IMG/VR virus record: IMGVR_UViG_3300037991_000852
Location: 1-34,845 of that record
Reading direction: 5' to 3' (one strand)
Source of the DNA: a virus
Taxonomy: Duplodnaviria; Caudoviricetes
DNA length: 34,845 bases
The stretch's first letter is position 1. Each line of letters begins with the position of its first letter. The notes under the pieces are model-generated. The model was given only the letters and a program-made list of their open reading frames with translations, was not told the origin of the DNA and searched no databases. A program made the position numbers and the translations under genes. Below are positions 9,220 through 17,427 of the stretch, piece by piece.

Positions 9220-9407
9220 TAGTGTATCTTGTTCTCCTCAAACCTAATTATTTCTGCATCATCAGAAAGTAAAAAGCCAAATAAAATCATAGCTTTTAGT
9301 TCTGCTTCTTCTTTGTTTTGAGCAGTGATGTTTTCACCTGTGTAGATTTCATCACCGTCTTGTATTTCAATAAAATAACTTTTATTGGTTGCCTTGCTGT
9401 CCGCCAT
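9219..9407 (-). CDS. Small acidic hypothetical protein
   Basis: Probable start MADSKAT at 9407, overlapping the portal 3' end; TAATG coupling downstream. Confidence 0.55.
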   Translation of the reverse strand: MADSKATNKSYFIEIQDGDEIYTGENITAQNKEEAELKAMILFGFLLSDDAEIIRFEENKIH

Positions 9408-11505
9408 TGTTAAATAATCCTTGTGCTTGTGTTTTAGCAACTTGTCTAATTACTTCTCTATCACGTTCCATCAGAGCTTTAATTTCAGCCTGATTGATTT
9501 GTGCACCATATTTAGCTTGTAGTTCAGCAGACTTAATCACCATGTCTGCTTCAGCTTCGTCACGTTGTCTATCATCTTCCATTAAGATTTTCATACGATC
9601 TGTTTCAGCATCTATCATAGCCTTCTGAGCTTGAACTTGAGCTTTCTGTAGCTCTGCTTGAGCAAGCAGTTCAGCAGGATCAGGTTTTTGCTGTTCAGGT
9701 TGTGGTGGCATAGGTGGTACTTGAGGATTGATAAAGGCATCAACATCTTTGAAGCCTGACATCTCAATCACCTTGCCTAAAGTATTGGCATACTGTTGTA
9801 GTGATACCAATGGATTACTTGGCCCTAGGGTTTGTAGGATTTGTTCTTGCTTTTGGGAAAGCTGTAACAAGAAATTGATTTTTTCTGCATCACTTGATGG
9901 TGAGAGAGCTATATTAATAGACACATCTTTATCAGCATCCCAGAAACGTGGGTCTATTGGTACAAAAGTATTATTAAGTCTGACCATTTCTTGTTGTTCT
10001 TGGTGTTTAATGATTAAACGATAAACCAATTTGAATAATGCTTTCATACCGCTTTCAGCAAAATGACGACATATTAGTTCTATTCTGCCCTGTGCTCCTG
10101 ACATTGTAGCTGAGACTGCTTGAGCAGTTGAGCTTTGTAGAGCATCAGCATTTAAACCAGCACTAGCTTTAGAAACACCACTACGGTTTTCTTTTGATTC
10201 ATCTAAGTAACCTAAAACTGGGAAGGCTTCTTTACCAACAAAAGGTACAGCGAATGGTTGGACCATACCTGGTGCTCTCATTCTAATTGGTTGGCCAATG
10301 TCGGTATTGAGGACATCATCAACATTGACTTGCCCTTCTACTATTCCCATTCTTGGGAAGATGGCGTGACCTAAACTGTCGAGTGTGTCTCTCATAATCT
10401 GAGATTTTGCTCTTTGAATAGGCATTAGATAATCTGCTGGGCAACTACCAATCGAAGTGTGTGGTTCGGGATCAGGAGAAAAGAGAACTATTGGTAGATC
10501 ATCCCAAGGGGAGACGTGTACCACATTTACACCGTTACCAGCAGTACAAACCCTTATTCGTTCGTCTATGCCATCGCCATCTAAATCATAATTTAAATAA
10601 TGTTCAACGTATAATACGTTTTTGTTTTTTGGATCTGGGCTATTAAGCTCGTTATCAGCGTATGGGTTTCTGGCATTTTCTTCATCGTAAGAATCTGCAT
10701 CAAGCATATTGCCTGACCCTGCATACTGTTCCATATCTTCTTGGTCATAACCCATAGCAACTAACTCACCGACTGTCTTAATCATACGGTGAGCAACGTA
10801 GCTTGCTGATTCTAAATCTCTAGCATCTCTGGAGATTAAAACTTCTTCAGGTGGTATTGATTCAATAACCACTTGGTTTTTCTTTTTGACTCTTCTAATT
10901 TTAAGGTCATAGCGGACTGGAAACTCTTGCTCAACTTGCTCGCCTGTCACTTCATCCATGACCATCATCATTTCTGTTTCAACTTTTTCTTCGACTATCT
11001 CTACATCTTTGTCGAGTAGTAGTGCATCTCTGGATTGTTTATCTAAACCTGTGTATTCGTGGTTGCTAACTGATATGTTGTCATCCCAGAAGGCTTTGAC
11101 ATAACCAGTCTTTCTAATCAAGGCATCTTTGAAAGCATCATAGAAAACTTTGAAGCCATTGTTCTTTTCTTGAATGATGTAGTTTATGTAATTAGTTTGT
11201 TGTTCTGCTATCGGTACATCTTCTGGGTTGGTTGGTACAAACTCTACGGACTTCTTAGTACCAAAGAAAGTTCGCATGATGGAAGGCAGCATAAATAAGA
11301 TTGTGTCTCTGACATCAGTTGAAACAAATTCGGATTGCATTTCGCTTGAACCTTCAGGTTCGTGACCAAGATAATATTCTGTGGCTTCGGCTCTATCTTC
11401 GCCTACTTGGTCAATATAATCTTTGGCATCATCGTATTCGGCTTGTATGCAGCTTTCTAGGTCATCATAGCTTGCATTTTCTAATTGATCTTTGTATTCT
11501 TTCAT
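9382..11505 (-). CDS. Portal protein (P22-like, with long C-terminal helical barrel)
   Basis: 707 aa after terL; YYLG, VS.DVRD, FKDAL..KTG.VK, IPPEE, Q-rich helical C-terminus. Confidence 0.9.
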   Translation of the reverse strand: MKEYKDQLENASYDDLESCIQAEYDDAKDYIDQVGEDRAEATEYYLGHEPEGSSEMQSEFVSTDVRDTILFMLPSIMRTFFGTKKSVEFVPTNPEDVPIAEQQTNYINYIIQEKNNGFKVFYDAFKDALIRKTGYVKAFWDDNISVSNHEYTGLDKQSRDALLLDKDVEIVEEKVETEMMMVMDEVTGEQVEQEFPVRYDLKIRRVKKKNQVVIESIPPEEVLISRDARDLESASYVAHRMIKTVGELVAMGYDQEDMEQYAGSGNMLDADSYDEENARNPYADNELNSPDPKNKNVLYVEHYLNYDLDGDGIDERIRVCTAGNGVNVVHVSPWDDLPIVLFSPDPEPHTSIGSCPADYLMPIQRAKSQIMRDTLDSLGHAIFPRMGIVEGQVNVDDVLNTDIGQPIRMRAPGMVQPFAVPFVGKEAFPVLGYLDESKENRSGVSKASAGLNADALQSSTAQAVSATMSGAQGRIELICRHFAESGMKALFKLVYRLIIKHQEQQEMVRLNNTFVPIDPRFWDADKDVSINIALSPSSDAEKINFLLQLSQKQEQILQTLGPSNPLVSLQQYANTLGKVIEMSGFKDVDAFINPQVPPMPPQPEQQKPDPAELLAQAELQKAQVQAQKAMIDAETDRMKILMEDDRQRDEAEADMVIKSAELQAKYGAQINQAEIKALMERDREVIRQVAKTQAQGLFNNGGQQGNQ

Positions 11506-11509
11506 AAAA

Positions 11510-13042
11510 TTATCCTACTCGAAAAATTTTTGATTTGAGTGGTCTTTTGAAATTATACCCCATAAATGACGAATTTCCCGAAAAAGTTACGGCAGAACTT
11601 GCCATTGTCAACGCTAGAGCATCAGCTTTATCTGGTGACTTCAATCCACGTTTCTTCATTTGTTCTTTACTTTCTATTTTTATCTTACCTGATGAATTAT
11701 ATGAATAGCTAGGTGCAACCAATTCAGCTATCAATTCATCATCGCTTGGCAGTCGGCAATTACGTTGGGCCAACCACTCTTTAATTTGAAACCAAAGTTC
11801 GGCTCGCAAATTAATAAATTTCTTTTTGCTGGCAGGAGACTCTGACACATTCACCCCTCGGGCAGGTAGATTGAGTTCAGCTAGTCTATCGACCACCCCA
11901 GATCCTAAACCAATGGAGTCAACTAGGATTTCTTGCGGTGTCTCTAAGGCCGTACACTCTTCATACTCATTATGAATCGCTCCACATAATTGCATTAAAT
12001 CCATAGATTTAAAAGTTTTAATTTCAGTAACAGTATTACCTTGGCGTTTGCAGAGGGCAGTATTGTCACCACCGAACCTGGCTACGTCTAAACCCCAAAC
12101 GATTGGATCGGAAGCGGTAATGCTTACGTCTCGGTCAACGGCAGCTCTGGCTAGTTCGATTGGTATGACGGCATCATCATCGGCTCTTGGAAATTCACCG
12201 AGGACTTCAACACGAGCAACGGTTGAATCTTCTCCGTATTGTTCGAGCATACGATTGAATAGTTCGGTGTCAGTGTTTTCGACTGAACGGGAATCAATTT
12301 GTTCGGTGTGCCAGTATTTCTTGTTAGAGTGGAAGCTGTCGTAGAACGGACCAGTGTTTCTTCTGGGGTTGGAGAAAGCACACCAAAATCTGTTTTGGGT
12401 TGGTTCAGAGAAGAAACCTTCCGAGACTGAGTAGATGGGTGATGGAATACCACTGGCTTCGTCCATGATTAATAAGACACCGTAGTTGGAGTGGACACCA
12501 GCAAAAGCATCTGGGTTTTCTTCACTCCAGAGTTGGGCTTGAGCGTAGTAATAGCCTGTGTCGATTTGTAAGTCTCGTATGAGGGCTTCTTCATACCAGC
12601 CTGCAGGTTTGATGGTGGTGGCTGTCTTATTAAACCAGTGGGCGTTGATAGCGAGGGTGAGCCACTTACCGAGTTCCGCCCAGGTTCTTGAGCGAAGCTG
12701 TTGTTCGGTGTTGGCGGTAACAATGATAGTTGACCCCATGCGGGTAGAGAGCATCCAGAGTATAAGCCAAGCGACTAAGGCTGATTTACCTATACCCCGA
12801 CCTGATGCTACGGCCAGGCGGAACATCTCTGGGGTGACTTTGCCATGGTTGCGTTGTATGTGTGTGCCAATTTCTAATAAAATTTTTTCTTGCCATGCTC
12901 TTGGACCAGTGAAATCTTCGAGGGGGGTGTCTTTCTGACCCCAGGGGAAGATGAACTTAACGAAGTTTAGTGGACTGTCTTTGACAGCAGGCGACCAGAT
13001 GTCGGTCATTAATTCTTGTTCTTCTTTGGCTGAGTATTTCAT
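11510..13042 (-). CDS. terL: Terminase large subunit
   Basis: Walker A ASGRGIGKS, Walker B LLIMDEAS, FSNP coupling motif, nuclease GLDVARFGGD and SPDKADAL. Confidence 0.93.
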   Translation of the reverse strand: MKYSAKEEQELMTDIWSPAVKDSPLNFVKFIFPWGQKDTPLEDFTGPRAWQEKILLEIGTHIQRNHGKVTPEMFRLAVASGRGIGKSALVAWLILWMLSTRMGSTIIVTANTEQQLRSRTWAELGKWLTLAINAHWFNKTATTIKPAGWYEEALIRDLQIDTGYYYAQAQLWSEENPDAFAGVHSNYGVLLIMDEASGIPSPIYSVSEGFFSEPTQNRFWCAFSNPRRNTGPFYDSFHSNKKYWHTEQIDSRSVENTDTELFNRMLEQYGEDSTVARVEVLGEFPRADDDAVIPIELARAAVDRDVSITASDPIVWGLDVARFGGDNTALCKRQGNTVTEIKTFKSMDLMQLCGAIHNEYEECTALETPQEILVDSIGLGSGVVDRLAELNLPARGVNVSESPASKKKFINLRAELWFQIKEWLAQRNCRLPSDDELIAELVAPSYSYNSSGKIKIESKEQMKKRGLKSPDKADALALTMASSAVTFSGNSSFMGYNFKRPLKSKIFRVG

Positions 13043-13593
13043 ACTTCATTACCCCAGACATCCCAACCTTCTGTTTTGTGTCGAGCGAACAATTCAATTT
13101 TTGGTAAGTCTTTACACATTTGTTCTATTCTTTTTCTAACTTCCTCTGGTTTCTTGCTGTGTTTGGTTCTAATGTCTGCCACCAAACCCTTGATGTCGTT
13201 TCTTTCTTTTATATTTGCTAGTTTGCCTTTCATACCAATTAAACATATCTCTGTTGATTTCAAAAGGTAGGGAGAAAAGTTATAACAAGTAGAACCACTT
13301 TCATAATGTTTTACCCATGTGAAACCAATGGTCTTATAATTGAAACCCCAACTATCTATAACTTTCAAACCCTCTTTGAGATGGCTGTCTGTCACCCACA
13401 TAAACAGAATACAGTCATCGTTTGTTATGTCTTTTACTGGTAGAGAACATATTTCTGCTTCTGTCATGGTTGAATAATGTTTTTCAAGACTATGCGTAAA
13501 GCCCCTGTTCTCTTGATGTATTCTGCTGTTAAATTGCCAAGGTGGATCTGCATATATGATATTGTATTTTTTGTTTGGAAATGGAATGTCTAT
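13039..13593 (-). CDS. MT-A70-family adenine (N6) DNA methyltransferase; inferred ATA start
   Basis: The frame extends 42 codons upstream of the tracked ATG (13467) and contains KYNIIYADPPW; also LFMWVT, WGF.YKT..F.WVK, HSKKP, IELFAR, GWDVWGNE. Confidence 0.85.
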   Translation of the reverse strand: MDIPFPNKKYNIIYADPPWQFNSRIHQENRGFTHSLEKHYSTMTEAEICSLPVKDITNDDCILFMWVTDSHLKEGLKVIDSWGFNYKTIGFTWVKHYESGSTCYNFSPYLLKSTEICLIGMKGKLANIKERNDIKGLVADIRTKHSKKPEEVRKRIEQMCKDLPKIELFARHKTEGWDVWGNEV

Positions 13594-13606
13594 ATCTTTA
13601 TCCTCT

Positions 13607-13819
13607 CTATTCTTTGCTTTTGAAATATAAGCGAGTGTAATAACGTCTTATAATTGCAGCTAATGTTAGAACCATGAGTTGTATAACTGCGATCTTCAAT
13701 GGATCTGTTGTAAATGCCAAACAAGCAGCGAGTGTTGCCCAGGAGATTGGGAAGTTAAACGCTGCACCTAGTATTGTGTCAGTGATTGATTCTTCCATGG
13801 CTTTCCTATCTATTTTCAT
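13607..13819 (-). CDS. Small two-helix membrane protein (DUF7220-like)
   Basis: ESITDT..G, two hydrophobic stretches, IRRY..RLYF end. Confidence 0.6.
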   Translation of the reverse strand: MKIDRKAMEESITDTILGAAFNFPISWATLAACLAFTTDPLKIAVIQLMVLTLAAIIRRYYTRLYFKSKE

Positions 13820-13879
13820 AACTAAAAAAAAATTATCGCAACACTTACATATACGATACTACTGCCGATAAATTAAAGG

Positions 13880-13939
13880 GGGGGTGTTCGGTGATTTTCA
13901 ACGGGTAAAAATTGAAAAAGAGAGAGAATAAACACCCCC
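13880..13939. repeat. Nested inverted repeat downstream of terS
   Basis: GGGGGTGTT (13880-88)/AACACCCCC (13931-39) enclosing TTTTCAA (13895-901)/TTGAAAA (13912-18). Confidence 0.7.
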
Positions 13940-13946
13940 TGCCTAT

Positions 13947-14438
13947 TTATTTCTTGTCTTTATCCTCCTCTGGTTGAGAACCCATTCCTTGTTGAGACTT
14001 AGCCTTTCCTGCTTGTATCTCTTTTATATCAACGGTCTTAGCTTCTATTATATGTTCTTGGTCGTTGCCTAGTCGTTCTCTAGCGTTGTCGATTACGTTT
14101 TTTAGATCCACGTTGAACGTTGTTTCTACTTTGTCCGCCCAAGCTTTAGAGTCTCTATTTTTTAAATAGAATATTTGAGCAGTGACGTTGCCATCATTTG
14201 CGGATTGATATAAAGAGTTTGTGACTGTTGCCAATCCTCTTGCTTGTCCTCTTTTTAAAGCATCCTCAAATTCAGCAGAACGTTTCCTATTGCGGTCTAA
14301 TGTATCCCAAGAAACGCCCAAAGCACGAGCAATTTGAGTATTACCAAGACCTTGTGAAGCCAAACGCTCAACCTGTTCAATATCTATATTAATTAACTTT
14401 CTTCCAGGTTTTTTTCTCTTTTTCTCTACCATTTGCAT
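13947..14438 (-). CDS. terS: Terminase small subunit
   Basis: GR....D...VE.LA..G....QIA.ALGVS HTH followed by A..GNVTAQIFYLKNR....W.D; upstream of terL. Confidence 0.8.
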   Translation of the reverse strand: MQMVEKKRKKPGRKLINIDIEQVERLASQGLGNTQIARALGVSWDTLDRNRKRSAEFEDALKRGQARGLATVTNSLYQSANDGNVTAQIFYLKNRDSKAWADKVETTFNVDLKNVIDNARERLGNDQEHIIEAKTVDIKEIQAGKAKSQQGMGSQPEEDKDKK

Positions 14439-14534
14439 ATTTTTTTTAACTTTTTTTCATGCTTTTGATGCCTTTAATAATAACACTTTACAGAGATTTA
14501 ATAACTGTTTGATAAAAATATTTCTCCGCATTAC

Positions 14535-14564
14535 TTGTAATCTCTTTACGTTTACACCTATAAT
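14535..14564 (+). promoter_or_regulatory. Sigma70-like promoter for the plus-strand small-gene operon
   Basis: TTGTAA (14535-40), 18 bp spacer, TATAAT (14559-64); GGAGG and ATG at 14605 downstream. Confidence 0.55.
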
Positions 14565-14604
14565 TACTTCATACCGACAATTAAGTCGGAGGAGAAAAGA
14601 GAGA

Positions 14605-14949
14605 ATGAAAGATTATTTTAAATATGACGAGATCAAAAGTTATTTCGATAACTTTGTAGCTGAAAACTCAGAAGCATTAAATGATTCTGATTTCAGAGAT
14701 GAATTACACTATCATGCATTTAATAGTGACTATTATATTATTGGCACTTACCAGGCTAAACAATGGTTAGGTGATAAAGCCTTTGATGTAATTGGCATTG
14801 TTAAAGATTATGAAAAATTTAATTTTGGCGAAGTCACAACGGATTTATCTGATCCTGAAATGCTGGTAAATATGTATGCCTACATTGTAGGCGTAGATAT
14901 TGTTGCTGAATGGTTAGAAGCCAACCCATTAGAAGAGGTGGAAGCATGA
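14605..14949 (+). CDS. Acidic 114-aa protein, candidate Ocr-like DNA mimic
   Basis: Start moved to ATG 14605 (SD upstream); about 25 Asp/Glu versus 8 Lys/Arg; first gene after the promoter. Function is inference. Confidence 0.55.
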   Translation: MKDYFKYDEIKSYFDNFVAENSEALNDSDFRDELHYHAFNSDYYIIGTYQAKQWLGDKAFDVIGIVKDYEKFNFGEVTTDLSDPEMLVNMYAYIVGVDIVAEWLEANPLEEVEA

Positions 14950-15293
14950 GCCACCCAATAGATAATATTTACGATTACTTATTACAAAACTTTAGCGAAG
15001 CAGATATTAAAACTATCGCTGAATGTACAGGCGATTCTGTTGGAGTTAAGGGACTAGAAACATTTGAAGAAACATCAAAGGTTTACGACTTCTTAAAAGA
15101 AGATATTTGGTCTTTGATACAAGACGATATATTCGGAACAGATACAACACCGTTACAATATATCGCTGATCTAAATGGCGGAGATCTCGTAACTAATGAC
15201 CAAGAACTAAAAAACATATTGGTTTGGTATGCCTTAGAGATTTCAGCTTCTCTTTGGTTAGATATTGAAGAAATGGAAAAGGTGAAAGCATGA
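14946..15293 (+). CDS. Acidic 115-aa protein (DUF7222-like)
   Basis: Start at 14946 by ATGA overlap; about 24 Asp/Glu versus 7 Lys; YD...EDIW and KN.LVWYALE motifs. Confidence 0.55.
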   Translation: MSHPIDNIYDYLLQNFSEADIKTIAECTGDSVGVKGLETFEETSKVYDFLKEDIWSLIQDDIFGTDTTPLQYIADLNGGDLVTNDQELKNILVWYALEISASLWLDIEEMEKVKA

Positions 15294-15448
15294 AACACAT
15301 TAAAAACCATATAGACGTATTCATGCACAACCTATTCATTCGCAGAATGTCTAGGAAGTACGATAAACCATTTAACCAAATTAAATGGGTTGAGATGACC
15401 AAACGTGAGCAATCAGACTTTATGGACTTTGTGAGGGTGAAGAGATGA
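15290..15448 (+). CDS. 52-aa hypothetical protein
   Basis: MKHIKNHIDVFMHNLF...VRVKR; ATGA overlaps at both ends. Confidence 0.65.
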   Translation: MKHIKNHIDVFMHNLFIRRMSRKYDKPFNQIKWVEMTKREQSDFMDFVRVKR

Positions 15449-15834
15449 AAAGAAAATTTATTAAATCTAAGTCTAAAGATAAAACCATAGACAATATTAA
15501 GCTCTTAGCTTTGTCAGAAGATGTGTTGCAATACATACTAAGTAAAAAAAGATTGCAATTAACAAATGCTGAATTCTGCGAGTTCCTGAAAGCTTTCAAC
15601 CTAATGCTTGATACTGCTTTTTTCTTTTTACCTTATGGTGAAAGAAATAACATATTAGAAAAATTGCAGAACGGAGAAATTACACCCAGTCAAGCTGAAA
15701 AAAAGATATTTGTTAGCGAAGGCATACCTAAACCCTCCGACATGAAAAACCATGTCTATCGTGGTGGTAAGTATGAAAGAGGTTATGCTAACAAAGACAA
15801 AGTAGATTTAACCCCATACATTGATTATTTATAA
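15445..15834 (+). CDS. Hypothetical protein
   Basis: ORF track; SD and ATGA overlap. Confidence 0.6.
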   Translation: MKRKFIKSKSKDKTIDNIKLLALSEDVLQYILSKKRLQLTNAEFCEFLKAFNLMLDTAFFFLPYGERNNILEKLQNGEITPSQAEKKIFVSEGIPKPSDMKNHVYRGGKYERGYANKDKVDLTPYIDYL

Positions 15835-15845
15835 GGAGCGAAGAG

Positions 15846-16028
15846 ATGAGCCAACCAAAAAAGAAATACCGAGTTATAACTATGCAACCTGTTTATTATT
15901 ACCTGGATGTAATGGCTAAAGATAAAATTGAAGTCATGCAGAAAGCAGAAGCAACAGGCGGATCTAAATTCAAACTACTCTATAAAGGAGATTGGCAAAA
16001 CCATGAAGTAAAGGAGTTAAACGAATGA
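15846..16028 (+). CDS. Hypothetical protein
   Basis: AAGGAG SD; ATGA overlap downstream. Confidence 0.6.
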   Translation: MSQPKKKYRVITMQPVYYYLDVMAKDKIEVMQKAEATGGSKFKLLYKGDWQNHEVKELNE

Positions 16029-16240
16029 CTAGAGAATTTAAAGATTTTTATAAATGGTTTTCTGATAAATTTAACGAATTAAGTGGTTTAGATCATACAA
16101 GCAAAGAAGCAGAAAAAATAAAAATAGAAATGGGATATTCTGCTAATGCTGACTATTGGGATATAAACCATGATGTAGTAAAGATAAGAGACGTTGTTGA
16201 TTGGTATGAAGAATGGAAACAAAAGGAGGATAACCAATGA
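16025..16240 (+). CDS. Hypothetical protein
   Basis: AAGGAG SD; ATGA overlaps at both ends. Confidence 0.6.
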   Translation: MTREFKDFYKWFSDKFNELSGLDHTSKEAEKIKIEMGYSANADYWDINHDVVKIRDVVDWYEEWKQKEDNQ

Positions 16241-16388
16241 AACTTAGCCAAGAAAATTTAACTAAAGTATTCAATTATGTTTCTGAACAAATTGAAGATG
16301 ATAAAGGTAGAGGAGAGTTTGATAAAGATACTTTATTGCTCTCAGCAGTATCAAGAACTATTGAAATGATTGAGGATAACCAATGAAA
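16226..16388 (+). repeat. 17-bp exact direct repeat flanking one ORF
   Basis: GAGGATAACCAATGAAA at 16226-16242 and 16372-16388. Confidence 0.85.
16237..16386 (+). CDS. 49-aa hypothetical protein
   Basis: MKLSQENLTKVFNYVSEQIEDDKGRGEFDKDTLLLSAVSRTIEMIEDNQ; GGAGG SD; ATGA overlaps at both ends. Confidence 0.65.
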   Translation: MKLSQENLTKVFNYVSEQIEDDKGRGEFDKDTLLLSAVSRTIEMIEDNQ

Positions 16389-16712
16389 ACAACAATTAGA
16401 AAATATAAAGGATACATGATTGATGCTTGGTATAAGCAAGACACCGATAGAGTTGATTATTATAGAGCAAGGCCAATGCGACATAACGAAGCTCAAGAAA
16501 TAAGAAAAGAAATAATAGATAAACCTTGGCATGGTCCAGATTGTAGGTGTGCAGAATGCACTTATACAGAAGATGAACTTAAACACAATGAAGAGGTAAA
16601 TGAAAGGGCAAAACTTATTATAAATGAAATTAAGTTAGCAACTTTTCAAAGACCTACTCTGAAAGAGTGCAAACAAGAAATTGATAAAAGAGAAAATAAT
16701 GAAAAAAATTAA
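16383..16712 (+). CDS. Hypothetical protein with HxxxCxCxxC cluster
   Basis: ORF track; HGPDCRCAEC may bind metal. Confidence 0.6.
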   Translation: MKTTIRKYKGYMIDAWYKQDTDRVDYYRARPMRHNEAQEIRKEIIDKPWHGPDCRCAECTYTEDELKHNEEVNERAKLIINEIKLATFQRPTLKECKQEIDKRENNEKN

Positions 16713-16797
16713 ATACGATTTAGAAAAAATACTTATATGGTTTGGCTTAACTGTTTGCCTAATGTTCTTTTGGTGTTGGATCTTAGGACTGACTTAA
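16699..16797 (+). CDS. 32-aa single-TM peptide
   Basis: MKKIKYDLEKILIWFGLTVCLMFFWCWILGLT; its stop shares TTAA with the convergent gene. Confidence 0.5.
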   Translation: MKKIKYDLEKILIWFGLTVCLMFFWCWILGLT

Positions 16798-17294
16798 CCC
16801 CTTCCGATCTCTTGGGCTTCCTTCCTTGCTCGCTCTCCCAAATATAGAGCTTGGTTGGTTGCCCTCTCCCTGCCCTCCTTGCTGACCTCATAGGCCAAAC
16901 CAACAAACAGAAAATGTCTCTTCCCACCCCTCTCCAGACTTTCGTAAATCTTATCTTCCTCGCCCTCACCGTCACGAACCAATAAAATAATACCCTTCTC
17001 CATCAACCCTCTAATAGCTCGACTGACTGCCGACCTATGCAGTCCAGTCATTAAACCATAATAAACTACTGCATCATGACTGCTCCAGGTATCTAATCTA
17101 AACCTCTCGAGCATAGCCCAAAAAACAATTTTCTCCGTAGGTGTTAAGTCCTGCCTTGCTATCACCTTCCTACCTTGCTTCCATAATACCTTACGGTATC
17201 GCTTAACGTTCAAACTGCTTTGTAATTCCCGACTGATTCCGCCTTCCTGCCTTCCTGCCTGAAGTCCGAATTTAATCCACCACTTTCTCTTCAT
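16794..17294 (-). CDS. Winged-helix DNA-binding protein
   Basis: LTPTEKIV.WAM.....TGLHRSAVSRAIRGLMEKGII HTH pattern, as in replication-initiator or regulator N-domains. Confidence 0.6.
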   Translation of the reverse strand: MKRKWWIKFGLQAGRQEGGISRELQSSLNVKRYRKVLWKQGRKVIARQDLTPTEKIVFWAMLERFRLDTWSSHDAVVYYGLMTGLHRSAVSRAIRGLMEKGIILLVRDGEGEEDKIYESLERGGKRHFLFVGLAYEVSKEGRERATNQALYLGERARKEAQEIGRG

Positions 17295-17315
17295 ACTCTC
17301 TACCTAAAAAATAAT

Positions 17316-17403
17316 AAATGAGCCTCAAGCTCATTTTTATTATATGGATATTATAACTGGATATATGTCGCTATTTGTATCTCCTCGAAACAATAAGCGA
17401 CAT
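17316..17403. promoter_or_regulatory. AT-rich intergenic segment with two inverted repeats
   Basis: AAATGAGC-N5-GCTCATTT (17316-36); ATGTCGCT-N23-AGCGACAT (17365-403); TGGATAT twice between them. Confidence 0.5.
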
Positions 17404-17427
17404 GTTTTTACCAATATTGGCATAATA

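Noticed and set aside
13039-13467. MT-A70 gene as a 5'-truncated pseudogene
   Set aside because: The missing catalytic N-terminus is present in frame with no stops, and all motifs are intact.
14509-14604. Tracked longer start of the first early gene
   Set aside because: It spans the predicted promoter; the ATG at 14605 has an SD and gives a compact acidic protein.
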